Notes under the pieces: model-generated
What the model was told of the DNA's origin: nothing
The model's input: the letters and a program-made list of their open reading frames with translations, nothing else
The model's database searches: none
Assembly (NCBI GenBank): GCA_051313645.2
Contig: JBNRSN020000029.1
Coordinates: 40,982,001-41,046,000 of the forward strand
Reading direction: 5' to 3'
Origin: Centroscyllium fabricii
Taxonomy: Eukaryota
DNA length: 64,000 nt
Shown here: positions 1 to 11,217 of the stretch, piece after piece
How positions within the stretch are numbered: position 1 is the stretch's first letter
How the letters are laid out: every line of letters starts with the position of its first letter
Program-made: the position numbers and the translations under genes

Positions 1-746
1 AGACCGCAGTCCTCCCGCAGGTGGAGGGCTGCGACCTGGGGAAAATCTGCGCCCTTACCTGAGGGCTCCCGGGAGGCGCAGATTTCCGCTGCTTCGCCTA
101 TCGTAACGGCCGGTGCGCAGGGCCCACGTATCCCAGAGGTGCAGTTAGTTCGCACCCTGGGATCACGTGGGCCATGGGGAGACAATCAGAGAAGGGAATC
201 TCCCTTTATAAATTTGACCGGAAGACCAGTCGAATGTATGAAGGGCGATCACCCACAAAAACAGAGCCAAACATCAAATAAATTCATTAAAAAAATCAGA
301 TTTTTAAAATGACTTGACATTACATAAATTAACTATTTTTAACAAAGAATTATATTTTTAAAAAAAGTAATTAAAGTTTTCACCGGGGTTAAAAATAAAC
401 AACTTTTTTAAAAGTATTTTTAAATGATAAATCAGTGGACAGAAATGATTATATTACTTTATTCAACTCTTATCCTGGTAAAGGCAGGTATCACACCTAC
501 TTTTACTAGGCAGAAGAATTGTAAGTGTTTTCTGCGGGTGGAGGGTCTCCAAAAAGCGAAACTCTCCGCCCGCAGAGGCCCTTCTCACGGGCAGCCGGAG
601 GATCTGTTAAGAGCTTTCTTGACAGATCGAAAATGCCGGTTACTAGCACATGCGCAGTGTATGCCTGAAGCCGGCATTTCCCATGTCCCGAGGGTGGGGG
701 TGGAGAGGGTGCGGGGAGCACCCGTAGGGATCGGAATACCCGGCCC
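1..746. mobile_element. MITE-like non-autonomous DNA transposon (left end outside window)
   Basis: Ends in GGAATACCCGGCCC, similar to family termini. Shares GATCACGTGGGCCATGGGGA, an AT-rich core and the GGTAAA(A/G)GCAGG..CCT(A/G)CTTTTAC hairpin with copies at 25690, 58926 and 62877. Confidence 0.6.
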
Positions 747-1013
747 ATAGTAAAATAATCGGCAACATAAACATTCCAAAGTCCATTGTAGAACATTATT
801 GTGTGAAACTATAGGTCATTCTTAAAGGGCAACAACATTAACATTGATGGAGCGCATTTCAAGGAAGCCCTTGTAGAATACTTCAAGTGATTCAATGGTT
901 AATTTAATCCAGCATTTTAAACTCAGGTCTTTAGTGTTATATTAATAGATGAGGGAACGGAAAATCCTAATCCTGTCTCTATGCACGAACAGCAATGAGT
1001 TTGGAAACACAAT

Positions 1014-1467
1014 GGGCAGTAATTTGCGGGCCCTTCTGGTCCGTACACGCTGTGTACGCGCCCGTAACATCGGCACATGTTTAGGGTTTAGGCATGCGCT
1101 CCACATTCGCTAAAACCCGGAACTTGCAAACTGTCAAAAATGTTCTAAAGCGATCCTACGAAACCACGGGGAAAGGCAACAGTGGTCGGAGAGTTGGGAT
1201 ATTTGCCCAGCTTCTGCCCAGGGATTACGAAGAAATTCTTAAGCTTGGTAAAAGCAGGCATAAGGACTGCTTTTACCAACGCAAGAGTTTGAAAAACAGC
1301 AAAATAAAATGTTATCATTAATTTATATTTTTAAAAACTTGCTAAATGAGGTAAGTATAATTAGCCCCTTTAAAACATGAATATTTATTTTTCAAAAAAT
1401 TATATTTTTGTTTTAAATATTTAATAAAATGCAATTACGCAGTCATATGTCCCAGAAAATCCGGGCC
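1014..1467. mobile_element. MITE-like element, internally deleted copy
   Basis: Starts aat|GGGCAGTAATTTGCGG and ends AAAATCCGGGCC|att. Internal TGGTAAAAGCAGG/CTGCTTTTACCA hairpin at about 1247-1279. Confidence 0.55.
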
Positions 1468-1659
1468 ATTGTCACCGGCCAACACAATTACGAAGAAGAT
1501 TAGCCAGCAGCTGTGTCTAGATTAAGAAATGCATAGGATACATATATTCTGCGATCCTAATGCTTCGTCATTTATTCTTTAATAAAAGCGAGCAATCGAT
1601 ATGTTTGTTTGCCAACGAAATGTCATGGCTGCATTACTTCAGTTTTATAATGTATAGCA

Positions 1660-4045
1660 ACATAGAAAGAGAAGATAGGGACAGGATTAGGCCTTTCGCC
1701 TGCTCGAGCATTCCCCGCCATTCAATGCGATCATGGCTGATCATCCAAATTCAGTACCCTGTCCCTGCCTCCCCCCCATATCCCTTGATCACTTTAGCAT
1801 TAATAAATATATCTTGTTGAATATGTTCAAGGAATTGGCCTCAACTGCCTTCTGTGGTAGAGAATTCCACAGGTTCACCACTCTCAGGTTGAAGAAATTC
1901 CTCCTCACCTCTGTACTAAATGGCTTACCCCTTATCCTTAGACTGTGACCTCTGGTTCTGGACTCCCCCGCCATCGGGAGCATCCGTCCTGAATCTAGTC
2001 TGTCTAGTCCTGTTAGAATTTTATAAGTTTCAATGTGATCCCCTCTCATTCTTCTAAACTCCAGCGGGTATAAGCCCAATCAATCCAATCTCTCCTCATA
2101 CGTCAATCCTGCCATCCCAGGTATCAGTCTGATGAATCCTCACTGCACTCCCTCCATGGCAAATGCATCCTTCCTCAGATAATGCGAGCAAAACGGCACA
2201 CAATACTCAAGATGTGGTCTCACGCAGGCCCTGTACAACAGCATCAAGACGCCCTTGTTTCTGTACTCGAACCCTCTCGTTACAAAGGCCAACATACCAT
2301 TTGCCTTGTTAACCAGCTGCTGCAACTGCATGCTTACCTTCAGTGACTGGTGCACAAGGACACCCATGTCTCATTGCACTTCCCCTTCGCCCAATCTATT
2401 GACATTCAGATAATAATCTGCCTTCATGTTTTTGCCACCAAAGTCGATAACTTTGCATATATCCTCCTTACACTGCATCTGCCCAATCAGCCAAAAGTCC
2501 AAAACATACCGGAGTTTCTTGGCATTCTCCTCACAGCACACATGTCCACCCAGCTTTGTGTCGTCTGCAAACTTGGATATATTACATCTAGTTGTCTCAT
2601 CCAGATCATTAATATATATTGTGAATAGCTGCGGTCCTAGCACCTATCCCCGCGGTGCCCCACTAATCACTGCCTGCCGCTCGAAAAAGGACCCGTTTGT
2701 TCCAACTCTATGCTTCCTGTCTGTAAATCAGTTCTTAATCCAAGTCAGTACATTGCCCCCAATCCCATGTGTTTTAACTTTACACGCTAAGCTCTTATGC
2801 GTGACCTTATCGAAAGCCTTCTGAAAGTCCAAGTCCAAGTACACCACATCCACTGGTTCTCTCTTATCTATTTTACCGGGTTCATCCTCAGAAAATTCCA
2901 GTAGATTATTCAAGCACGATTTACCTTTTGTAAATCCATGTTGACTTTGTCCGATCCTCTCACTCTTTTCCGAGTGCTCTGTCATTACATCTTTTATAAT
3001 GGACTATAGCAATTTTCCCGCTACCGTTATCAGGCTATAATTCCCCGTTTTCTCTCTACCACCTTTTTTGAATAGTGGGGTAACATTAGCTTCCATCCAC
3101 TCCACGGAAGCTATTCCCGAGTCTGTAGAATTTTGGAAGATGTCCAGCAATGCATCTACTATTTATAGGGCTGCTTCCTTAAGTACACTTGGATGTAGAT
3201 TATCAGGCACTGGGGATTTATCGGCCTTCAATCCTATCAATTGCCCTATAACCATTTCCCTACAAATACTGATTTAATGCAACTTCTCCCTCTCATTAGA
3301 CCCTATGCTCCCAGACATCGCTGGGAGGTTATTTGTGTCCTTTTTTGTGAAGGCAGAACCAAAGTAGGTATTTCATTGGTCACCCATTGCTTTGTTCCCC
3401 ATTATCAACTCCCCTGATTCTGAATGCAAGGGACCTACGCTTGACTTCACCAATCTTTTTCTGTTCACATATCTATAGAAGCTTATACAATTAGCTTTTA
3501 TGTTCTCTGGAAGCTTACCATCATACTCTATTTTCCCCCTCTTAATTAATCCATATGTCCTCCTTTGCTGCATCCTAAACTTCTCTTAATCATCAGGTTT
3601 GCTACTTTTTCTGGCCATCAACCCTTTGATTAACATTCGCTAATCAATCCTGCCCAACTCACGGCTCATACCGTCGTAGTTTCCTTTATTTAAATTCAGG
3701 AGCCTAGTCTGAGTCAAATACTTCACTCTCCATCTTAAAGAAGCATTCTAGCATATTGTGATCGCAATGCCCCATGGGGCCTCGCACAACACGATTGCTT
3801 AATATTCCTTTCTCATTGCATAATACCCAGTCTAAAATGGCCTGATCTCTAGTTGGATCCTCGACATATTGGTTCAGGAATCAATCCCATATACACTCCA
3901 GGAATTCCTCCTCTACGTGATTGTTACTAATTTTGTTAGCCCAATCTATATGTCGATTAAAGTCAGCAATGATAGCTGCTGTGCCCCTTTCGCACTCATC
4001 TGTAATTTCCCGGTTATGAGATCCCCAACCTCCACATACTATGCC
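1660..4045 (-). mobile_element. CR1-clade LINE, 5'-truncated, decayed ORF2
   Basis: Minus-strand fragments QHGFTKGKSCL, VDVVYLDLDFQKAFDKV, LGPQLFTIYINDL, SKFADDTKLGG, RPHLEYCV, RGHSLRIRG. CR1-type 3' tail near 1660. Many stops and frameshifts. Confidence 0.92.
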
Positions 4046-5043
4046 TTCAGCTGCATTATTTGAACTGTTATATATATTGACAAGTGACATTTCGAATATT
4101 GTTCTAGCACAATAATAACGTTATAAACGTTGAAATTACACGACGGTTCTCACTGTTTTCGGGAATGAGGGGTAAATGTGTACATTTTCAACTTGAGCAT
4201 AATACGTTTAATTACGATGGGCTTTCGGACATTTAGCCACTCGATTTCCATTTTCATTGACTTTAATTGAATTATTAATAGTGCATTTCCTTTAACTGCA
4301 GCCGATCTGCAATATCATTTTAAAGCACAGGTGATAAGCTGGGTAATATAGAAGGTTTAACGTAGAAAATCTAACTAAACAGAACTGTATAACTAGCAGA
4401 GTGTATAACAGGAAACCAATGCAACAATGTCCGTTTTGCCCGCCAATGTCCATTTTTTCCGCCCCACGCCGTCAATTTCTAATGTAGGTCAATCACTTGG
4501 AGATGGAAAACAAATGATAGTTTGTTAAATTTGATGACAATACCTAATAGGGAACGCCGTAAAATCAGAATACGCATCAAAGGATTTGCAGAAGGATGGT
4601 GATTCAACTGGGCTATCAAATGAAGCACTGAATTTAACACCAATAAATACGAAGGATCGATATTGCGTGAAATAAATATGGGTTAGAATAAACAATACAG
4701 TGAAGTAATTTATCAAAGGAATCGAAATTGCTATGTAACATTCGGTTAACCACGCCATACACAATATGTATGCAGATGCTAAAGGGTGTGAACCTGCACT
4801 GGGTACCGAGATTAACAACGCTGATCAAATATTAAGCAGATTATAAAAGTGCTCACCTCACAATCTAACAACATAGGTAGAGAGGATCTTTTTTACTCAA
4901 ATAATTATATTGTTTAGAACTTTCTTTGAAGAAGGGTGAATAGCGACAAAACGTTTGTGAGTTTTGACTACTGGAAACAGCTTTTCTCCTTCCAGGCCCT
5001 GATATATTCCTATGCAATGTGGTCAGGAGCCTGGGTTATTTAC

Positions 5044-5070
5044 CTGCATTTTTTATGAGGATCTGTCTCA
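5044..5070 (-). CDS. candidate 27-nt micro-exon (xRQILIKNA)
   Basis: gatttgccttacag|TGAGACAGATCCTCATAAAAAATGCAG|gtaaat; open in phase 1; 3' end resembles exons at 32613 and 43686 (..TGCAG|gtaa). Confidence 0.45.
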
Positions 5071-5189
5071 CTGTAAGGCAAATCAACAACTCAAAACATT
5101 GATACGGTTAAGATTCCGGTTCCGTAAATGGACATGTGTTAATGATGTGATGCCAGATTAATTAATTATATTCGTCGCTGGATCAGCAA

Positions 5190-6270
5190 TAACAAAAATA
5201 ATTTGCATTTATAACACGCCTTTAACGTAGCAAAACGTTATCAAAATTAATGTGACGTCAAACTAAATAACAGGATTTTCGACAGGTGACCAAAAGCTTG
5301 AAAAAAGAGTTAGATTCTAAATACCGTCTTGAAGAATGAAAGAATGCTGGAGGGGAGAGGTTTAGGGAACGAATTGCAGAATTTATGGCCTCGGCAGCGG
5401 AAGGCACGGGCGTCAATGGTGGAGTGTCTAAAATCGGGGGTGCGCAAAAAGCCAACATTGGAGGAGCGCAGATATCTCGCAGTGCTGTAAGGTTGGAGGA
5501 ATTTATCAAACTAAGGAGTTGCGAGTCCATGAGGTACTTGAAAGCAAAACATGAATTTAAAATTGAGGCGTGGCTTAAGTAGGAACCAATAAAAGTCAGC
5601 GAGTGCAGGGATGGTGGGTAAACGGAATTCTGTGCGAGTTTGGATACGGGCAGCAGGGCTTTGAATGAACTTAACTTATGGTGGGTGGAAGACGGTAGGC
5701 CGGCTAGGAGAACATCGGAATCGTCAAATCTAGAGGTAAGAAAGACATGGATGAGGGGTTCAGCAGTAGATGAGATGAGATGAGGCAAGTGGCGGAGTCA
5801 GGCGGTGTATCTGAGGTCGATATAGGCGGACTAAGTGATGGTAGGGACGTGGGTGGGAAACTCATCTCGGGGTCAACAGTGACACTAAAATTGTGAACTG
5901 TCTATTTCAGCCTCAGACAGGGAGAGATTTGATGGCTATGCAATGGAGTTTGCGGCGGGGACCGAAGGCAATGGCTTCAGTCTACCCAACATTCAGCTGG
6001 ATGAAATTTCTCATAATCCAATACTGGATATCAGAGGAATCTGTCAAATTAGCGGCATGGGGAGGGTCAAGAGCGGTAGCGGTGAGGTACAGCTGGGTGT
6101 TGTGAACTTACACGTAAAACCTGACGTTGAGTTTTTTAGATGATGTTCCTGAGGGATAACATGTAGCTGAGAATTCGGAGGGTGCTACGGATAGATCCCA
6201 CGGGGCACTAGAGGTATCGGTGGGACGAACATCTGCAAAGCAGATTAACTGGCCATTGCTCAATAGAACG
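5190..6270 (-). mobile_element. L2-clade LINE 3' fragment
   Basis: ORF 5258-5788 reads PHLISSTAEPLIHVFLTSRFDDSDVLLAGLPSST, matching the L2 C-terminal LIHAFVTSRLDYCNxLLxGLP motif. L2-type tail near 5190-5240. Confidence 0.8.
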
Positions 6271-7099
6271 TAATGAATGTCATGTTTGGATACTAATAGA
6301 AATCTCTGACCCGCAATTAATTGTTCGCCAAACTTCTCAGTTTGCTGCAAGTTAATGCACGGTTTGATTATAGAAGACCATAATCTTATTTAGCGTTGTG
6401 ATGAACTTTAGCTGTGTTTCTGTTTGGAAGTCGGTTTGAAACTCAAAATAATTCAAATCTGCGTTCCATGTCTTTATTATATGAACAGTGGATTTGTCGG
6501 TTGCTACCTTGCTGGATTCTTCTCCGCCACTCTTCATAAAGTTAGGTTAACCTAGAAATCTGCCACCTGAGACAAGGTTGCAACGCCGTCCATCACTGTC
6601 CTTTCCATCATCCACTCATTTTCGTCGCGCAGCGTATCAATTTCTAGGGTTCTGGCTATTTCACATTCATTCCTATTCTCGCTCCACTTTAGAAATCTTC
6701 CCCAGATACGCTGCGCATTTTGCATCCTCCGTGGCTCTAATATATTGCTTGTGCCGCCAGCTCTGCTGCTTGGTTTTAAGACACTATGGGGAAATTTTCA
6801 CCTAACGCACCTGCAAGATAAATTCAGTCGTCAGATGCAACGCTTGTTTTAAGCCGAGCCCAAGTTAATAATAGGTGAAGTGTAAACCGAGCATTCAACA
6901 AGATATCGTGGTTTTGCCGACGAGCAGGTTAGGTTAACATGATCTGCTTGTCACTGCGCTTTCAGACTGTACCCCTTCTTTTGCCTGTGCTGCATGTGTT
7001 TTTTCGATCAATTACATTTTAAATAAACTCTGTTCTCTGTGTCGTGGTTGCGTAGCTTAATTATGTCCGCCTCCTGTGATTAACCTTATGAATGTTGGT

Positions 7100-9287
7100 G
7101 CACAAATAAAGAAATAACTGGAGGACCTGGCTCCAAGTAAATCTCCATTCTCAGAGCCAATCAATTAAGTGCAAAAGTCACTGCCGAAGCGATTGCAACC
7201 ATTTTCAGTCAGAAGTGCAATCACCGTCTCGTCCTGATATCCCCATCTTCACTGAAGTCAGTATTCAGCTAATTCGATTCAATCCATGTAATCTTAAGAA
7301 ACGGCTTAGCCCACTAAATACAGCAATGGCTATTGGCACCGGCAACACCCCAGCTGTAGTGCTGAAAATTCATGCTCCAGAACGAGCCATGACTCTGCCC
7401 AAGCGATTCAAGGACAGTTACAACACTGGCATCTACCCAATAAATTGGAAAAATGACCAGTTATATCCTATCGATAAAACGGAGGACATATCCAATCCGG
7501 AAAATTACTGGCTCATCAGCTGACTCTGATTAATCAGCAAAGTGATGGAAGGTGTCGTCGACAGCACTATCAAGCGATACTTATTCACCAATAACCTGCT
7601 CAAATATGCTCAGTTTGTGTTCCGCCAGGATTAGTCGGCTCAAAAGGGCATGAAAGCATTGGGCCAATCATGAAAAAAGGTGCTGAATGTCAGCGGTTGT
7701 GAGTGAGTGACTATCCTTTACATCAGGGCACCATTCGATCTAGTATGGCATCAGTGAGCCTTGTAAAATTTAAGTCAATGGGAATCAGGAGGAAATCACA
7801 CAATTGTGGCTGTAGTCACAATTTGCACGAAAAGAAGATGGTTGTGGTTATTGGAGCCCAATCATTTCAGCCCCAGTCCATCGCTGCAGGAGTCCTAGGC
7901 TCAACCATCTTCAGCAGCTTGATTAATGAAGTTCCCTCCAACTTATGGTCAGAAGTGGGGATTTTGGCTCATAATTGCACTGTATTCAAGTCCATTCGCA
8001 ACTCCTCAGATAATGGGCCAGAAATGCCAGTATGCCGGTTTGTGTGGGTGCAAGGACCCAGCGGACACCTATAGCACCGCACCATCATCTCACATTTTTT
8101 ACGTCCAGACCTTCCTCTTGGCTCTGCCCCGTTCCTGCAGTCCAGCCACGCTAGGAGCGCAGTATATGCGCTGCCGTCGTTCGTGCGTAGCAGTGATGCC
8201 CCGCCCACAGATACCTAATTTAAATAAAAAACGCCCCCTGCTTCACAGTCGGACCTCTTAGAGCGCAGGGACTTGAGGCCGTTATTAGGACCACGCCCAC
8301 TGCTGCACCCACAGACTCGGCAGTGAGCATCGCTGCCAGAGCAGCTTTTCAATATCGGTAAGTCTTAGCGATTTTTTCTCTTAGTTTTTTAAATTAAGGA
8401 AAGAGTTAAAAAATTCTGATCTTTAAATTTAAAAATAAGCGATTTGGAATAGGTATAGCAATTGAAATTTGGATTTTTAAAATTAAAAAAAAAACTTTAA
8501 CAGCAAAATTTAATGATAACCATCTGGCCACATTACTCCAAAAAACTTAAAAAACTTAAAATTAAAGGTAAAAAAGTCAATTACCTGTGTTTAGGAAGGC
8601 ACTGCTCACACCAACGCACAGGTTACGACTCCTATTTTCTCGTGCAGCCCCAGGCCCAGTTGCCCACAGATTCACGCACAGAATCACACCCAAAAACATC
8701 GGGATTTTTGGGTGCAATTCTTTTGTGTGTTCCATGCTGAGGCCTCTTCTCCCTCAGCATCGGAAAGCTCCGATCCATGGGCATGCCCCGTGCGATCATC
8801 GCACAGGGCATATTGGCCCCCTCCATGCGGGTGCAGCTAGTCCCAGGCACCCGAATTTCTGGCCCAATGAGTCTCCACCCGCCTGCCTCAAGACCTGTCC
8901 AACCTTCAGGCTCGAGTTGCTAAGTGGCAAGTATCATTCATGCCAGAACAGTCCAAGCCAATACCCATCTCCAAAAAGGGTGCATCTGGCCATCTCCCCT
9001 TAATATTTAATGGGATTAGCATCGCCAAATCTCCTACCATCAACTACCTGTGGTTCACCATTGACCAGCAATTTAATTGCTGGAGCCGCATAAATGGTCT
9101 GGCTACAAGATCAGATCAGAGGTTGGGTATTCTGCGTCAACTGTCTCACCTCCTGAATCCCGCAAATCTTTCCACCAACTATAAGGCTTAAGTCAGGAAT
9201 ATGATGGATACTCTATACTTGCGCGGACGATTGTAGCTCCAACAACACTCATGAAGCTCGTCACCATCCTAAAGAAAGCAGCCCGCC
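7100..9287 (+). mobile_element. CR1-group LINE fragment (second family), interrupted by a MITE
   Basis: SYNTGIYPINWK..SNPENYWLIS, GVLGSTIFSSLIN, QRLGILRQLSHLL. The sequence reads through the MITE at 8015-8865. Confidence 0.8.
8015..8865. mobile_element. MITE with 11-bp TIRs and 3-bp AAT target duplication
   Basis: AAT|GGGCCAGAAAT ... ATTTCTGGCCC|AAT (TSD at 8012-8014 and 8866-8868); inserted inside a LINE. Confidence 0.85.
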
Positions 9288-9733
9288 CGGTCTCATTCAC
9301 GGGATGTGGGCGTTGCTGACAAGGTCAGCATTTATTTCCCATCCCTAGTTGCCCTTGGCATGGGCTAGTGAGCTGCCTTCATGAACCGCTGCAGTCCTTG
9401 AGCTGAAGGTACTCACACAGTGCTGTTACATAGTGCGTTTCTGAATTTATATCCAGCAACAATGAAGGAACGGCAATATATATCCAGGTCAGGCTGGTGT
9501 GTGACATGGAGTGGAACTTGCAGGTAGTGGTCTTCTTATGCATCTGCTGCCCTTGTCCTTCTAGTCGTTTGTAGTCGTCGGTTTGTGAGGTGCTGTCGAC
9601 GAAACCTTGGAGAGTTGCTGCAGTTCAACCTATAGATGGCACACACTCCAGCCATGGTGCGACGGTTTTAGAGGGACTGAATGTTTAAGGTGGGTGATGG
9701 GAATGAATCAATGATGCTGATTTATCCCGGATG

Positions 9734-10231
9734 TGTCATAGGTTGGATTCCCCTTTAAATCCTAGGTGGGCTCTTCTCCTTTAAACTGGCCAGCACCTCG
9801 TTAACTACTGCATACACCTGATTGGACAGCCCAAATTAACCAGTAGTATCTTGAGCTGTATATAAGCTCCCACTTTGCACCATGAGTTTGCCAGATCGTT
9901 AAATCTCTTACTGTGATACATGTGTTTTTGTTCCTAGCTCTCTGATCCTGTCTATTCGTGATACTGACCTGCTTACCGGAAATTTCGATTTTATTCTGCT
10001 TGAACTCTGTGTTGGATTTGTCGCTCCCGTGAACGGACTACCTGGAAAATTACTGCTTCTGTATTTGGATTCTCTCCTACCTGAACTCTGTTTTGGACTT
10101 GTTGCCTCCGTGAACTTTCTGCCGTTATTGACTTACTGTTTCTATATCTTCTGACGACTCAGAAATAAAGGAATTTATTTCTACGCTGGTTTTCGGTGTT
10201 TTGCATTTGGGCCCAACCTACAACCGTTACA
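9734..10231 (+). repeat. 5' LTR of sushi-type element
   Basis: Direct repeat of 14754-15251; TATATAA at 9859-9865; AATAAA at about 10164. Confidence 0.95.
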
Positions 10232-10232
10232 G

Positions 10233-10243
10233 AACGATCTGGC
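10233..10243 (+). promoter_or_regulatory. self-priming primer-binding site
   Basis: AACGATCTGGC is the exact reverse complement of GCCAGATCGTT at 9890-9900; no TGG tRNA-type PBS follows the LTR. Confidence 0.85.
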
Positions 10244-10248
10244 CAGAA

Positions 10249-11217
10249 ATGGACCCAGCAGACACACCGAAGCGTCTGGCACAGGTCGAGTGCGCCCTAT
10301 TGCACCAGGGGCAGGCCTTGGGGAAGATATTCACTCAATTGGAGCAGCTAACCGCCGCCTGGATCCAGCGGGCAGCTTCAGATCCGGCAGAGATCCCACC
10401 ACCACCAGTCCCTGCTTCAGCATCGGTATCGGCACCCATGCCTCACCCACAAGGTCTCACACCCGAACCCCGGGTCGGGGTTCCGGAACGTTATGTCGGT
10501 GAACCTGAGCAATGCAATCCCTTCCTCACTAACTGTTCCATTCTGTTTTCTTTGCAGCCCCACACCTTTGCCAATGAGACGGCAAAGGTAGCCTTTGTTA
10601 TTAACCACCTTACAGGAAGAGCTCGTATTTGGGGAACCGCCGAGTGGGAGAGAGAGACTCTGGCTTGCTCTTCCTTCCAAAGGTTCGCCATCGAATTAAG
10701 AAGGATGTTCGGCATGGTGACCTTCGGCTCTGAAGCAGCTCGGGGACTCATGAATCTGAACCAGGGCAATCAGACAGTGGCTGATTACTCCATAGACTTC
10801 CGAATCAGAGCTCGGCAGAGTGATTGGAACTCTGCTGCATTATGTGACGTTTTTCTTCATGGGCTTGCAGAGTACATCAAGGATGAACTGGTCTCCTATG
10901 ATCTCCCTTCAACCCTGGATGAACTAATTAGTCTTGCCACCAGGATCGATCTCCATATCCAGGCGCGTCGACGTGAGAGACGACTGGGAATGACTGGTCG
11001 ACCTCCTCCGAAACGGACTCAAGAGATATTGGTGGCGCCCAGGTCTACTGCAACAGCAGGGTCAGAGTCAGTGGGCCCCGAACCAATGCAGTTGGGTCGC
11101 AGCAGTCTCTCATTGGTGGAGCATAAACGACGCCACCAGGGGAATCTCTGTTTGTACTGCAGCCAGGCCGGCCATTTTGTTTCCCTATGCCCAGCAAAAG
11201 GCCGGACTCACCAGTAG
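10249..11217 (+). CDS. gag: Gag (PEG10/sushi-like capsid with CCHC knuckle)
   Basis: MDPADTPK..., [51 protein letters not shown]; uninterrupted frame. Confidence 0.93.
   Translation: MDPADTPKRLAQVECALLHQGQALGKIFTQLEQLTAAWIQRAASDPAEIPPPPVPASASVSAPMPHPQGLTPEPRVGVPERYVGEPEQCNPFLTNCSILFSLQPHTFANETAKVAFVINHLTGRARIWGTAEWERETLACSSFQRFAIELRRMFGMVTFGSEAARGLMNLNQGNQTVADYSIDFRIRARQSDWNSAALCDVFLHGLAEYIKDELVSYDLPSTLDELISLATRIDLHIQARRRERRLGMTGRPPPKRTQEILVAPRSTATAGSESVGPEPMQLGRSSLSLVEHKRRHQGNLCLYCSQAGHFVSLCPAKGRTHQ

Noticed and set aside
6508-6531. Minus-strand EWRRRIQQ segment resembling the butyrophilin pre-B30.2 exon
   Set aside because: Weak splice sites (aag acceptor, gtagca donor), a stop would form if joined to the 17092 exon, and no B30.2 exon was found in the window.
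10201-10248. ORF-track start of gag at a TTG
   Set aside because: It lies in U5/PBS; ATG at 10249 (MDPA) is the typical start for this group.
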